Origin: Candidatus Bathyarchaeia archaeon
GTDB taxonomy: Archaea; Thermoproteota; Bathyarchaeia; Bathyarchaeales; Bathycorpusculaceae
Reading direction: 5' to 3'
DNA length: 64,000 bases
Assembly (NCBI GenBank): GCA_049512075.1
Contig: JBEKXL010000004.1
Location: 94,166-158,165 of the forward strand
Positions 17,694 through 26,482 of this stretch are shown here, in pieces (positions within the stretch are counted from its first letter, which is position 1; each line of letters starts with the position of its first letter). Under the pieces are notes generated by a model, which made no database searches, was not told the origin of the DNA, and saw nothing but the letters and a program-made list of their open reading frames with translations. The translations under genes and the position numbers were made by a program.

Positions 17694-17963
17694 ATGCCCG
17701 CAAAAATATTCAGAAAGGTTCTCAAATCCGGCGCTTCAAAATGCGCTGCGTTACCACCTGATTGGCTACGCATGTTCAACCTACGGGTAGGCGACGACCT
17801 TGACATTATCTACAATTCCATAGTTATCGTGAAAGCAAAAGACTTCAAAATTGACCCAGAATTTCTGAAAAAAGAATTCAAGTTGATTCTTGATTTGGAA
17901 AAGAATGCTCAGGACCGCGTTGGACTGAGAAAGAAGAGCCAGGAGGCCAAGGCCATTGAGTGA
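17694..17963 (+). CDS. AbrB/MazE/SpoVT-family DNA-binding protein
   Basis: RKVLKSGAS...LPPDWLR..NL.VGD.L motif. Confidence 0.8.
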   Translation: MPAKIFRKVLKSGASKCAALPPDWLRMFNLRVGDDLDIIYNSIVIVKAKDFKIDPEFLKKEFKLILDLEKNAQDRVGLRKKSQEAKAIE

Positions 17964-18246
17964 AGACACGGTTGATGTCCTTCTCAAAATTGGAAACCGA
18001 TTCTACGAAGGCAAACTACACCCTCAAAAAGTAGGATCACCCGCAAAGCTTCCAAGCAACAAACCCGTTTTTCCAGAGCCCTATCAGCAAATGTTGGATA
18101 CAACAGATCAAGGAACATACTGGCAGATAAAACCGAGAACTTTCTTACAAACTTTCGATTTTGCAGAAATCGCTAGAATTGTAAAGCAGTATGGCGGAGC
18201 TTACGTTTCTGCTGGAAAGTCCTCCCATTTTCGTATACCAAAATGA
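17956..18246 (+). CDS. Hypothetical protein (element)
   Basis: Overlaps upstream stop; 96 aa. Confidence 0.6.
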   Translation: MSEDTVDVLLKIGNRFYEGKLHPQKVGSPAKLPSNKPVFPEPYQQMLDTTDQGTYWQIKPRTFLQTFDFAEIARIVKQYGGAYVSAGKSSHFRIPK

Positions 18247-18267
18247 AATACCGCTGGGGGTCACAGC

Positions 18268-19083
18268 ATGACATGGAAGCCTAACGCTGAAACCAAACAG
18301 CTCCTAGATTTTTGCGTTGCCACAATAAAGAGCGTTCCGTACAAACCTAATCTCCGCTGGCTGTTCTATCGTGCGCTACAGAGTGGCCTCCTGAAGGATA
18401 AGGGAGAAGCCAGCGTTCACAAGTTTGACTATGCCCTTTCCCGCGCTCGCAAAGAGTTTTATGATGAATGGAAACCCGACAGCCTAGAAGATAGTGTACG
18501 GCAAGGATTCTGGAAGGGAGAGTTTTTCGCTGGCTACGATGTAAGGCTAGATAACATTGAAGAACAGGAGAACTATGTTCAGGTTTGGTTTGAAGCCTAC
18601 GCCATGTTCCAACAGTTCACCCATTACACGCAACCTTACCGGGTGTCCTTAGTTCCGTTTCGCGGTGACTGTTCTATTCCGTTGAAATGGGAATTGGCTA
18701 AGAAGCTGGAAGAAATCAACGGATCCTATCACAAGCCAACCAAGATTCTATACTTTGGAGATTATGACCTTAAAGGCTTCCAGATTCTTGAGGCTGCATT
18801 GAAGGATATTAAGGCATGGTGCAACGTGCCTTTCACCGTTGAACGTGTTGGCCTCACACTAGAACAGGTCAAGGAGTACGGCATACCTGAAAACCCTGAG
18901 CACCCTGACGCATATCAGTGGGAAGCATTGAACGATAAACAAGCTGGAACATTGATAATCAACAGTATAGCCAGCCTAGTCAAACCAGTTTTACCCGGGT
19001 TGGAAGAGCAGGAGAAGCTGATAAAATCCAAGATTAACACCGCTATGGTCACGATTCTGCAACAGGAAGGCGTTATCGAATGA
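18268..19083 (+). CDS. wHTH-Toprim protein (Topo VI-A/JetD-C-like)
   Basis: LRWLFYR N-terminus; VWFEA, FRG, ILYFGDYDLKG (DxD), ERVGLT..Q, WEAL. Confidence 0.7.
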   Translation: MTWKPNAETKQLLDFCVATIKSVPYKPNLRWLFYRALQSGLLKDKGEASVHKFDYALSRARKEFYDEWKPDSLEDSVRQGFWKGEFFAGYDVRLDNIEEQENYVQVWFEAYAMFQQFTHYTQPYRVSLVPFRGDCSIPLKWELAKKLEEINGSYHKPTKILYFGDYDLKGFQILEAALKDIKAWCNVPFTVERVGLTLEQVKEYGIPENPEHPDAYQWEALNDKQAGTLIINSIASLVKPVLPGLEEQEKLIKSKINTAMVTILQQEGVIE

Positions 19084-19172
19084 ACGACCCCAAAGACGCC
19101 GACATTAAAGCTGCAGCTCAACGCGCGCTACGAGTATCTCAGCGGAGACGGAGACTAACAAACCATGACTGA
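19080..19172 (+). CDS. 30-aa basic coupling ORF (not in ORF track)
   Basis: MNDPKDADIKAAAQRALRVSQRRRRLTNHD*; overlaps both neighbours. Confidence 0.4.
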   Translation: MNDPKDADIKAAAQRALRVSQRRRRLTNHD

Positions 19173-21774
19173 AAACTCCGCCATACCTGAGCAACTTAGA
19201 ACATGGTGTTTCATACTTCTCTCAGGACACACTAAGATTCCAACGGCTGAAATGAAAGGATGGGCTAAAGACCGAGCAAACAAAACATTCACGTATGATG
19301 ATAAGCGGTTCATAGAACATATCACCGCGCATGAAAACTACGGTGCTGTGACTGGCGAGGACCGCTTTGTCGTGGCCGCCGACACTAAGGAAGTTGAAAC
19401 AGCCATTGAAGAGCATCTACCTAAAACCTTCACTGTGCAGAGTCCAAGACATAAGACTAAACATTTTTACTTCTATGGAAAACTCAGTCGAACAATACTC
19501 TGTAAACCGACAACTGAAGGCGATCCTTGCGCTGACATTAAAACTGGAAATGCCTATGTACTCAGTGCTGGAGACATTTTTGAAAATTACGGCAAATACA
19601 CCGTGATAGACAATGTGCCAATAGCAACAATCACGGAAGAGCAATTACTAGCCGCGATAGATGAGTTTATACTACCTAAAAAGGAAACACGTTTTCTAAC
19701 CATAACAAGCGAAAAACACGATAAGAACTTGGACTTTCCAATCACCTCTATTCTTCCAAACCTTGACGCTTTAACACAGAACAACGATGAAATGTTTGGT
19801 CCTCATCCTCTACATGGCAGCACAACAGGAGCCAACTTTCACGTAAACACGGCTAAGAATGTGTGGCACTGTTTCAGATCGGGACATGAAAGCGGCGGCG
19901 GCCCCCTGGAACTATTCGCGGTTCTAAACGGAATCGTCAACTGTGAGGACTGTCATAAAGGCGTACTACATGGAGAGCTATTCAAAAAAACCGTTATGCT
20001 AGCACATGAAAAAGGCTTAGTGGCCTCTATATCTTTTCAAGATTCAGAAGAGCAAGAGGATAAAGAACATGAACTTATGCGAAAAGTCGTAACAGGCCTT
20101 CAGTCTCAATTCACGTTCAAAACGCCTAGCGATATTGAAGAAATCTATGTTTTTAATAAGGGCGTTTATGAAGAGGCTGAAACGATGATTAAAGGCCAGG
20201 TTGAACAGTGGCTAGGGACCGAGGCAACCACACATTTTATTGAGGAAGTTCTCGGACATATACGCCGTAGTAGTTACGTTAAGCGCTCAGAGTTTAACAA
20301 ACCATCAGCTATTATCCCGGTGCAGAATGGCCTTTTAGACTTGAACAGTGGTGAGGTCAGTCCATTCGATAAAGAACAAATCTTCACATTCAAACTAAAT
20401 ATGGTCTATGATAAGACAAAGAAGTCTCTCAAATTTCTGAAAGCTGTACATGAATGGCTAAACTCTCAAGACGTTATTACCCTGCAGGAAGTCTCAGGAT
20501 ATTGCTTACTTCCAGCTATGCCTTTTCATAAGTTGTTTTTCCTTCATGGAACGGGATTCAATGGGAAAGGGAGCTTCATAAGAACATTAATCGCCATTTT
20601 TGGAATTGACAACTGTTCAAACCTGAATCTGGAAGAGTTTGACGGTAACCACCGATTCGCTACGGCTCTACTCTATGGTAAAATGATAAACACGTCTAGC
20701 GAGCCAAAAACAGATAAACAATTACAAACGAATTTATTGAAAAAGGTATGCGGCGAAGACTACATAGACTCTGAAGTGAAAAACAAACAGAGAAGAATAC
20801 ACCATGTGAGCGCCGCTAAACCTTTCATTCTTGGAAACAGATTCCCACGAGTAAACGATAACACAGTGGCCTTTTGGGAACGCGTAACAATACTCAAGTT
20901 TCCATCAAATTTCATAGGAGACAAACAAATACCATGCATCTGGAACACATGGATAAACGATCCTGATGAAATGAGCGGGATCCTAAACTGGATGATTGAA
21001 GGGCTACAGAGACTAATAAAAAACAACAAGTTCACCGAAAGCAAAGATTCTGAAGAGACAAAGCTGGAATTTCAAAGAGCCAGTGACACAACATTAGCGT
21101 TTCTCAATGAATGTTGCACTATTGACCGAGTAACTCAAAACATAAAATCCGACTTCTACGACCAGTACAAAACCTATTGCGAAAAGCTCAACGTAGAAAT
21201 AGACCCTGAGAACATGTTTTCAGCAAAACTCAAGCAACAGTCAGGGGTCAGAAGTACAAGACAGCATGTAGAAAAAAAACTTGAACATTTATGGGTCGGC
21301 ATAAAATTCAACGATTATCCTAAAGAAGAGGGAGAGGAAGAAAAATCTGAAAAGTCAGGGAAACAAAAAAATCATGGAACTCAAAAGAAACTAGACCAAA
21401 GTGTTCCACCTGTTCCAACTGTTCCACCCTTTACAAAGTCAAACGCTGTAGAAGATAGTAAGGGTATAGAAAAGAGAAGTAGTAAAAGGTATGGAACACC
21501 TGGAACAGGTGGAACAGTCATCGAGTCAATAGGGAAGACTGTTCCAGACGTTCCAACAGAAATAAGCAAACAATTAGAAAAGGAAAACTTGACCGTTAAC
21601 CGCTGTAAGAAGCATCGTACAGCAACCTGCCCACATCCTAATCGCGACTGCATAGCGCCGACTAATTCGTGTCCAAAGACTTGTGGAGATTTTGTTTCTG
21701 TGGAGGATGACGCTAAGGCTAAGGGTGCAGCTCTCGAGTTGAATGGTGACAGTGGGAGGCTAGGGCATGACTGA
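19165..21774 (+). CDS. Primase-polymerase / Zn-binding / P4-D5-type SF3 helicase replication protein
   Basis: Prim-Pol-like N-terminus (NYGAVTG, TFTVQS..HFYF); HPLHGS...WHCFR; IPVQNGLLDL; Walker A GTGFNGKGS; AFWERV. Confidence 0.88.
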   Translation: MTENSAIPEQLRTWCFILLSGHTKIPTAEMKGWAKDRANKTFTYDDKRFIEHITAHENYGAVTGEDRFVVAADTKEVETAIEEHLPKTFTVQSPRHKTKHFYFYGKLSRTILCKPTTEGDPCADIKTGNAYVLSAGDIFENYGKYTVIDNVPIATITEEQLLAAIDEFILPKKETRFLTITSEKHDKNLDFPITSILPNLDALTQNNDEMFGPHPLHGSTTGANFHVNTAKNVWHCFRSGHESGGGPLELFAVLNGIVNCEDCHKGVLHGELFKKTVMLAHEKGLVASISFQDSEEQEDKEHELMRKVVTGLQSQFTFKTPSDIEEIYVFNKGVYEEAETMIKGQVEQWLGTEATTHFIEEVLGHIRRSSYVKRSEFNKPSAIIPVQNGLLDLNSGEVSPFDKEQIFTFKLNMVYDKTKKSLKFLKAVHEWLNSQDVITLQEVSGYCLLPAMPFHKLFFLHGTGFNGKGSFIRTLIAIFGIDNCSNLNLEEFDGNHRFATALLYGKMINTSSEPKTDKQLQTNLLKKVCGEDYIDSEVKNKQRRIHHVSAAKPFILGNRFPRVNDNTVAFWERVTILKFPSNFIGDKQIPCIWNTWINDPDEMSGILNWMIEGLQRLIKNNKFTESKDSEETKLEFQRASDTTLAFLNECCTIDRVTQNIKSDFYDQYKTYCEKLNVEIDPENMFSAKLKQQSGVRSTRQHVEKKLEHLWVGIKFNDYPKEEGEEEKSEKSGKQKNHGTQKKLDQSVPPVPTVPPFTKSNAVEDSKGIEKRSSKRYGTPGTGGTVIESIGKTVPDVPTEISKQLEKENLTVNRCKKHRTATCPHPNRDCIAPTNSCPKTCGDFVSVEDDAKAKGAALELNGDSGRLGHD
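21402..21555. repeat. Iteron-like TGTTCCA repeats, candidate replication origin
   Basis: Direct copies at 21402, 21411, 21420; inverted at 21492, 21501, 21510; direct at 21540 and 21549 (CGTTCCA); 9-bp period. Confidence 0.7.
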
Positions 21775-22993
21775 AAACTCCACTAAATCAGTCATTAACG
21801 CAGTGCTCACAAAGGTACTAAGGACATGTGATAAATGCCAAATAAAAACTGTTTTGTGCTGTCCTCAATGCAATTCTGATAAAATCGTGAAGGACGGTAT
21901 GAGGCAATCCGTCTATGGAGAACAGCAACGTTACCTATGCAAGTCGTGTTATCTCCGATTCAGCAACAGCGACCCCGAAACAAAGGTGCAGAATCTGCAC
22001 AATTCTTTTAAGGAAAGTCAGACAGAAAGCGGATGCGTCCAAATATGCGCTGAAAAGAAAGGAGTAGCGAAAAACTTGGACAACGCAACCATTGAGAAGG
22101 TTGCGGGAGAAACTCCAGATATTAAAGGCAAATTGGTACAGTACGCTTGGCAACTGACGAAACGCGGATTAGCTGAAGAAACCGTGAAGCATCGCCTTTA
22201 CCGTTTGAACGTGCTTGTAAAGAAAGGAGCTGACCTAACTAATCCTGAAACCGTAGAAACAATCCTGGCAACGGAACAATGGACACCTGGAAACAAACGG
22301 TTCTTTATCATGGCATACCAAAGTTTCTGTCGAACTATGAACATTGAATGGGTAGCCCCCCGAAACAAGTGGCAACCTCCACAGCCCTTCATACCCTTGG
22401 AATCAGAAATAGACGCATTGATTTCTGGCACTGGAAAAAGAACGGCCACACTACTGCAAATTTTGAAGGATACCGGGGCACGAATAGGAGAAGCCTCACA
22501 CCTACGATGGACAGACGTAAACATGGAAAACAGCACCATAGCCATAAACAACCCTGAAAAAGGATCATCATCTAGGACGCTGAAAGTGTCAAGCAAAACT
22601 ATCGCTATGCTTAACGCCCTGCCAAAGAAAGGCCCTTTCATATTCAACGTCAAACCGCGCACCCTGGAAAGCACGTTTGACCGTCAACGGAATAGGTTAG
22701 CCCTTAAACTTCAGAACCCAAGACTGAAACAAATCCACTTTCACACCTTCCGGCACTGGAACGCAACAATGACATACCACAAAACCCGAAACATACTGCT
22801 AGTCAAATACCGACTGGGACATAAACGCTTAGAAAACACGGAAGTTTACACGCACTTGGTAGATTTTGAGAACGACGAATACGACAGTGCAGCAGCTCAA
22901 ACAAAGAATGAGGCAAGACAACTTATAGACACAGGATTCGACTACGTGACCACAACCCCGGACGGTTTCATGCTGTTCAGAAAACGGAAGTGA
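21767..22993 (+). CDS. int: Tyrosine integrase with N-terminal Zn ribbon
   Basis: CPQC...RYLCKSC; DTGARIGE, PEKG, HFHTFRH, LGH, EVYTH; adjacent to the att core. Confidence 0.92.
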   Translation: MTENSTKSVINAVLTKVLRTCDKCQIKTVLCCPQCNSDKIVKDGMRQSVYGEQQRYLCKSCYLRFSNSDPETKVQNLHNSFKESQTESGCVQICAEKKGVAKNLDNATIEKVAGETPDIKGKLVQYAWQLTKRGLAEETVKHRLYRLNVLVKKGADLTNPETVETILATEQWTPGNKRFFIMAYQSFCRTMNIEWVAPRNKWQPPQPFIPLESEIDALISGTGKRTATLLQILKDTGARIGEASHLRWTDVNMENSTIAINNPEKGSSSRTLKVSSKTIAMLNALPKKGPFIFNVKPRTLESTFDRQRNRLALKLQNPRLKQIHFHTFRHWNATMTYHKTRNILLVKYRLGHKRLENTEVYTHLVDFENDEYDSAAAQTKNEARQLIDTGFDYVTTTPDGFMLFRKRK

Positions 22994-23024
22994 AAAGCAT
23001 GGTATCCAATCAAAAAACAATGTA

Positions 23025-23459
23025 TCAAAGCTGATACCCTGCCTGTACGGCCGTGTTGTCAACTTTGGCGCTCATTCTGCTGGCTCGGCGCAGAGCCTCG
23101 ACGTTGTCGTCTGAAAACCCAAATTCTTCTCCGACTGTGCCTATTTCCATTGGTGCCTTTCGAGAGGCTCTGCCTTTTCCGCCGCACACAGCGATACCGT
23201 GCTGCTGAGATGAGATGGCTTGTTTCAGAATTCCTGTCACAACCGTGGTTACTCCTGAAGAATGCCAGTCGTAACCTAGGACGCAACCCAATGCTTGGAA
23301 CCAAAATGGATCTGAAACTCGTCTCAGAAACTCGTCTGAGCCGTACTCGTCAACGATGATTGTCACTATTTCTTTGGCCATCTTTTGCATGCGTACAATT
23401 AGATATTGAGGCGCCCTACCATAATGAAGTGGGAGTCTGGCAATGCCTGTTCTTTGCAC
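23025..23459 (-). pseudogene. DUF763 family protein, N-terminal part
   Basis: GIARLPLHYG, SDPFWFQALGCVLGYDWHSSG, SRMSAKVDNTAVQAGYQL, then a TGA created at the junction. Confidence 0.9.
23027..23032. repeat. Right attachment core AAAGCT
   Basis: GTATC-AAAGCT-GATAC; matches 5541-5546. Confidence 0.88.
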
Positions 23460-23501
23460 GGCAACACCGCTTGTAATACAAGTGCTGAAGAAGTGGTTTA
23501 A

Positions 23502-23990
23502 TCATTTTGCTTTTTTCTTAAGAACATGTCCTTCGCGGTCAATTTCGCCATTGCGGATCCGAGTCGTTGAGATCGCCTTTTGATTCTCGGAGGGAACCAT
23601 GTCGATGACAATTATTTCAAGCGGATTTATACCGATTTCTTTTCTCTTTTCGTTGATCCTGAGCGCGACGGGCTCAGTATCCCTGCTGACCACCAGTGCT
23701 TCAATGGGATCCTTAGACAGAAGCACCCCTCCATAGGCATCATCTATCGGAATTATTTCAGCCTTCTGCAGCATTCCCTGATCTCTTAAGAAGTCTCTCA
23801 GTTCCCTTGTACGTTGCTCGTAAGTTGCCGTTCTGTGCGGCTTGTTCATCTTCTTGGCAAATTCGTCTGAGGAGACACCAATCATTACGCGTTCGCCTAT
23901 GTCGAAGGCTTTCATGAGCAATGCTCTGTGTCCCTTGTGAAGCTCGTCAAAAGTGCCGCCAAGGCCGACAGTTCTGAACCTTTTCTGCAT
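23502..23990 (-). CDS. coaD: Phosphopantetheine adenylyltransferase (archaeal type)
   Basis: GGTFDELHKGH, LVVS, ISTTRIR; CoA cluster context. Confidence 0.88.
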   Translation of the reverse strand: MQKRFRTVGLGGTFDELHKGHRALLMKAFDIGERVMIGVSSDEFAKKMNKPHRTATYEQRTRELRDFLRDQGMLQKAEIIPIDDAYGGVLLSKDPIEALVVSRDTEPVALRINEKRKEIGINPLEIIVIDMVPSENQKAISTTRIRNGEIDREGHVLKKKAK

Positions 23991-24028
23991 CGGATTCCAC
24001 GTCTAACGCGGCTGAACTGCATATAAGA

Positions 24029-25282
24029 CTATTTTGGTTTGATCTTGTTAATCGTGACATCCAGTATCTTCGCTGCAACTTCTCGCTTCTTGGCCAGTGG
24101 CAAGTGCACTACGTTCTTTTTCTTGTCCACGATGAAGACCTCGTTCGTGACGGTTCCGAAACCAGCTCCTTTCTTTCCCACGTCGTTGACGACGATGAGA
24201 TCAGCTTTGGCTTCCAGCAGCCTCTTGTGTGCACTCTCAATCAACTCCCCCTTAGGCAGCTTGTACTCTGCACGAAAAGCCACCAGAAAAGTTCTTGGAC
24301 TGACTTTCTTCACGCTATCGATTATCTTCACGGTGGGTTTCAGCTTCAACTCAAGCGAATGCAGCTCGTGTGACGAAACCTTGTATGGATATGGCTTTTC
24401 AGGCATCCAGTCAGCAGCTGCAGCGACAGCTATGACCACGTCGTAGTTCCCTGATTTCAGTTCAGAAACGACCGCTTCGTACATCTGCTCCGTCGTTTCA
24501 ACAGTGAGCAGACGGGCTCCTGGGGGAGCAGCTTCGGTTCCTGAGCCGTAGACAAGTGTCACTTCTGCGCCACGGCTTAAGGCTTCTTCTGCAATTGACA
24601 CGCCCATTTTTCCGGAGCTTCTGTTTGTGACAACGCGAACAGGGTCTATGTACTCTGCGGTTGCGCCCGCGGTTATCAACACTCTTAGTCCCGAGAAATC
24701 GTTTTTGACCACAAGTTTGCGAATCACTGTCTCAACGATGTCTCTGGTTTTAGCGATTTTTGCCTTTCCTTCTTCGATTCTTGGGCCCACGAATTCGACC
24801 CCTAATGCTTTGAGTTCCTTAATGTTCTTCGCCAATATCGGGTGGTTGTACATGGATTCATGCATCGCTGGAACGATGATTATGGGACGGTTTGAGCCGA
24901 AGGCTGTTGAGGCGACGGATGTGACGGTGGTATCGTCGATTCCGCAGGCGATTTTGCTTATGGTGTTTGCTGTAGCAGGTGCTACCAGAACAAGATCAGC
25001 CGATAAGGAATGCTCGCCGACCAAGGCCACGTGTTCAATCTTTCCAGTCAGTTCCGTTACGACTTCGTTTCCGGTCGCCCATTCCATCAGATACGGATGG
25101 ACGATTTTCCCTGCCATCATGGACATCACGGGGAACACGTCAGCTCCGTGTCGCATCAAAGCTCTGGCAATTTCTGGGCTTTGCACAGCTGCGACGCTGC
25201 CCGTTACGCACAGAACTATACGTTTTCCCTTCAGCTCGTTACCCTCAGTTCCAACGATGTGTTTGGATGGATGTGTCGACAA
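24029..25282 (-). CDS. coaBC: Phosphopantothenoylcysteine decarboxylase/synthetase
   Basis: TGSVAA, APATANT, PAMHESMY, IDPVRVVTNRSSGKMG. Confidence 0.95.
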   Translation of the reverse strand: MSTHPSKHIVGTEGNELKGKRIVLCVTGSVAAVQSPEIARALMRHGADVFPVMSMMAGKIVHPYLMEWATGNEVVTELTGKIEHVALVGEHSLSADLVLVAPATANTISKIACGIDDTTVTSVASTAFGSNRPIIIVPAMHESMYNHPILAKNIKELKALGVEFVGPRIEEGKAKIAKTRDIVETVIRKLVVKNDFSGLRVLITAGATAEYIDPVRVVTNRSSGKMGVSIAEEALSRGAEVTLVYGSGTEAAPPGARLLTVETTEQMYEAVVSELKSGNYDVVIAVAAAADWMPEKPYPYKVSSHELHSLELKLKPTVKIIDSVKKVSPRTFLVAFRAEYKLPKGELIESAHKRLLEAKADLIVVNDVGKKGAGFGTVTNEVFIVDKKKNVVHLPLAKKREVAAKILDVTINKIKPK

Positions 25283-25298
25283 GGCTTAGTCCTCCTAT

Positions 25299-26477
25299 CT
25301 AACCTCCTAACTCATTGACTATCTTTTTTAGATCTTGCAGGAATTCGTCAATATGCTTTTCTTGAACATGAGGCATGATGACGATGCAAATGTGACGTGG
25401 AAAGAGTGATATCGCCCATTTTCTGAGCCTAAGCTCTTCAGCTATTCTGCGAATGTCAAACGCGTCGGATTTTAGTCCAACAACGTTCATCGTTGGTTCT
25501 GTTGCCACACTTAAACCCCTAATCTTAGGGATTTCTTCTGCGAGTTTGAGCGTTAGGCGCATGCACTTTCTCACGATTTTTCTGTAGCCTTCGCGTCCCA
25601 GATGCTTCATCACGGCCCAGACCGCGATGGCTGAAGCGCCAGAACGTGTTCCCACCAGCGTGGCTTGTTCGGTTTCTCCGCCTGACAGATACGAAATGCC
25701 CCTTGACACCGCCTTTCTGAAGTTTTCGTTGCGGAACACTATCCCGCCGGCTGGGATGGGAGCCAAGCCCATCTTGTGCGGATCAACCGTGATAGAACAG
25801 ACTTTGGGAACTGCAAAGTCAAAGTTGGGAGTCTTGTATCCCAGGTCTTTCAGGAAGGGGAGCACGAATCCTCCGAAGGCGGCATCTACATGAAAATACA
25901 GGTCTTTTTCCAAGGCGAGTTCGGACAGGTCGTCTATAGGGTCGACTACACCCAATGCCGTTGTTCCTGCCATGCCCACGACCGCAATAGTCTTCGGATT
26001 CACCGCTTTCTTAACAGATCCTACATCGACTTGAAACCTGTCATTCAACCTTGCCTTGATGATTTTCAAGCCTAGCAAATCTGCGGCCTTGTCGAAGGAG
26101 CAGTGGGCAGAACGGGGCACTATCACTTCTGGGTTGGTTTTCTTGGCAAGTGCCCTAGCAGCCCACAGGGCAAGAACGTTTGCTTCTGTTCCACCCGTGA
26201 CAATGTGCCCCGAGGCTTCTGTGTTCGAAAGAACGGTGCCGAGCATCTTCAGCGTTTCTCTCTCTATTTCAGCCACAGCCGGGAAGAGCCCTGAGTCGCC
26301 AAGGTTCTTTTCGAGAAAACGGGCGAACACTTTTCTAGCTAGCGGATGTGGGCTGGTGCACATGGATCCCACGATTCTTCCAGAATTGTACGTGAAGTCT
26401 CTTCGAAGCCTCGATTCAAGCTCCTCGCGAAGTGTTTTTTCAGGCACCCCTTTGACCTGCATTTTCACGGCTCCCAT
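25299..26477 (-). CDS. mfnA: PLP-dependent L-tyrosine/L-aspartate decarboxylase
   Basis: GSMCT, TGGTEAN, HVDAAFGG, DPHKMG. Confidence 0.9.
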   Translation of the reverse strand: MGAVKMQVKGVPEKTLREELESRLRRDFTYNSGRIVGSMCTSPHPLARKVFARFLEKNLGDSGLFPAVAEIERETLKMLGTVLSNTEASGHIVTGGTEANVLALWAARALAKKTNPEVIVPRSAHCSFDKAADLLGLKIIKARLNDRFQVDVGSVKKAVNPKTIAVVGMAGTTALGVVDPIDDLSELALEKDLYFHVDAAFGGFVLPFLKDLGYKTPNFDFAVPKVCSITVDPHKMGLAPIPAGGIVFRNENFRKAVSRGISYLSGGETEQATLVGTRSGASAIAVWAVMKHLGREGYRKIVRKCMRLTLKLAEEIPKIRGLSVATEPTMNVVGLKSDAFDIRRIAEELRLRKWAISLFPRHICIVIMPHVQEKHIDEFLQDLKKIVNELGG

Positions 26478-26482
26478 GCGAT

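Larger units (their letters stand above)
5547..23032. mobile_element. 17,486-bp integrated element (provirus or integrative plasmid) inserted in a DUF763 gene
   Basis: 6-bp direct repeat at both ends; split host gene; integrase ends 33 bp before the right core; primase-helicase present; many small ORFs; visibly more AT-rich than flanks. Confidence 0.92.
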
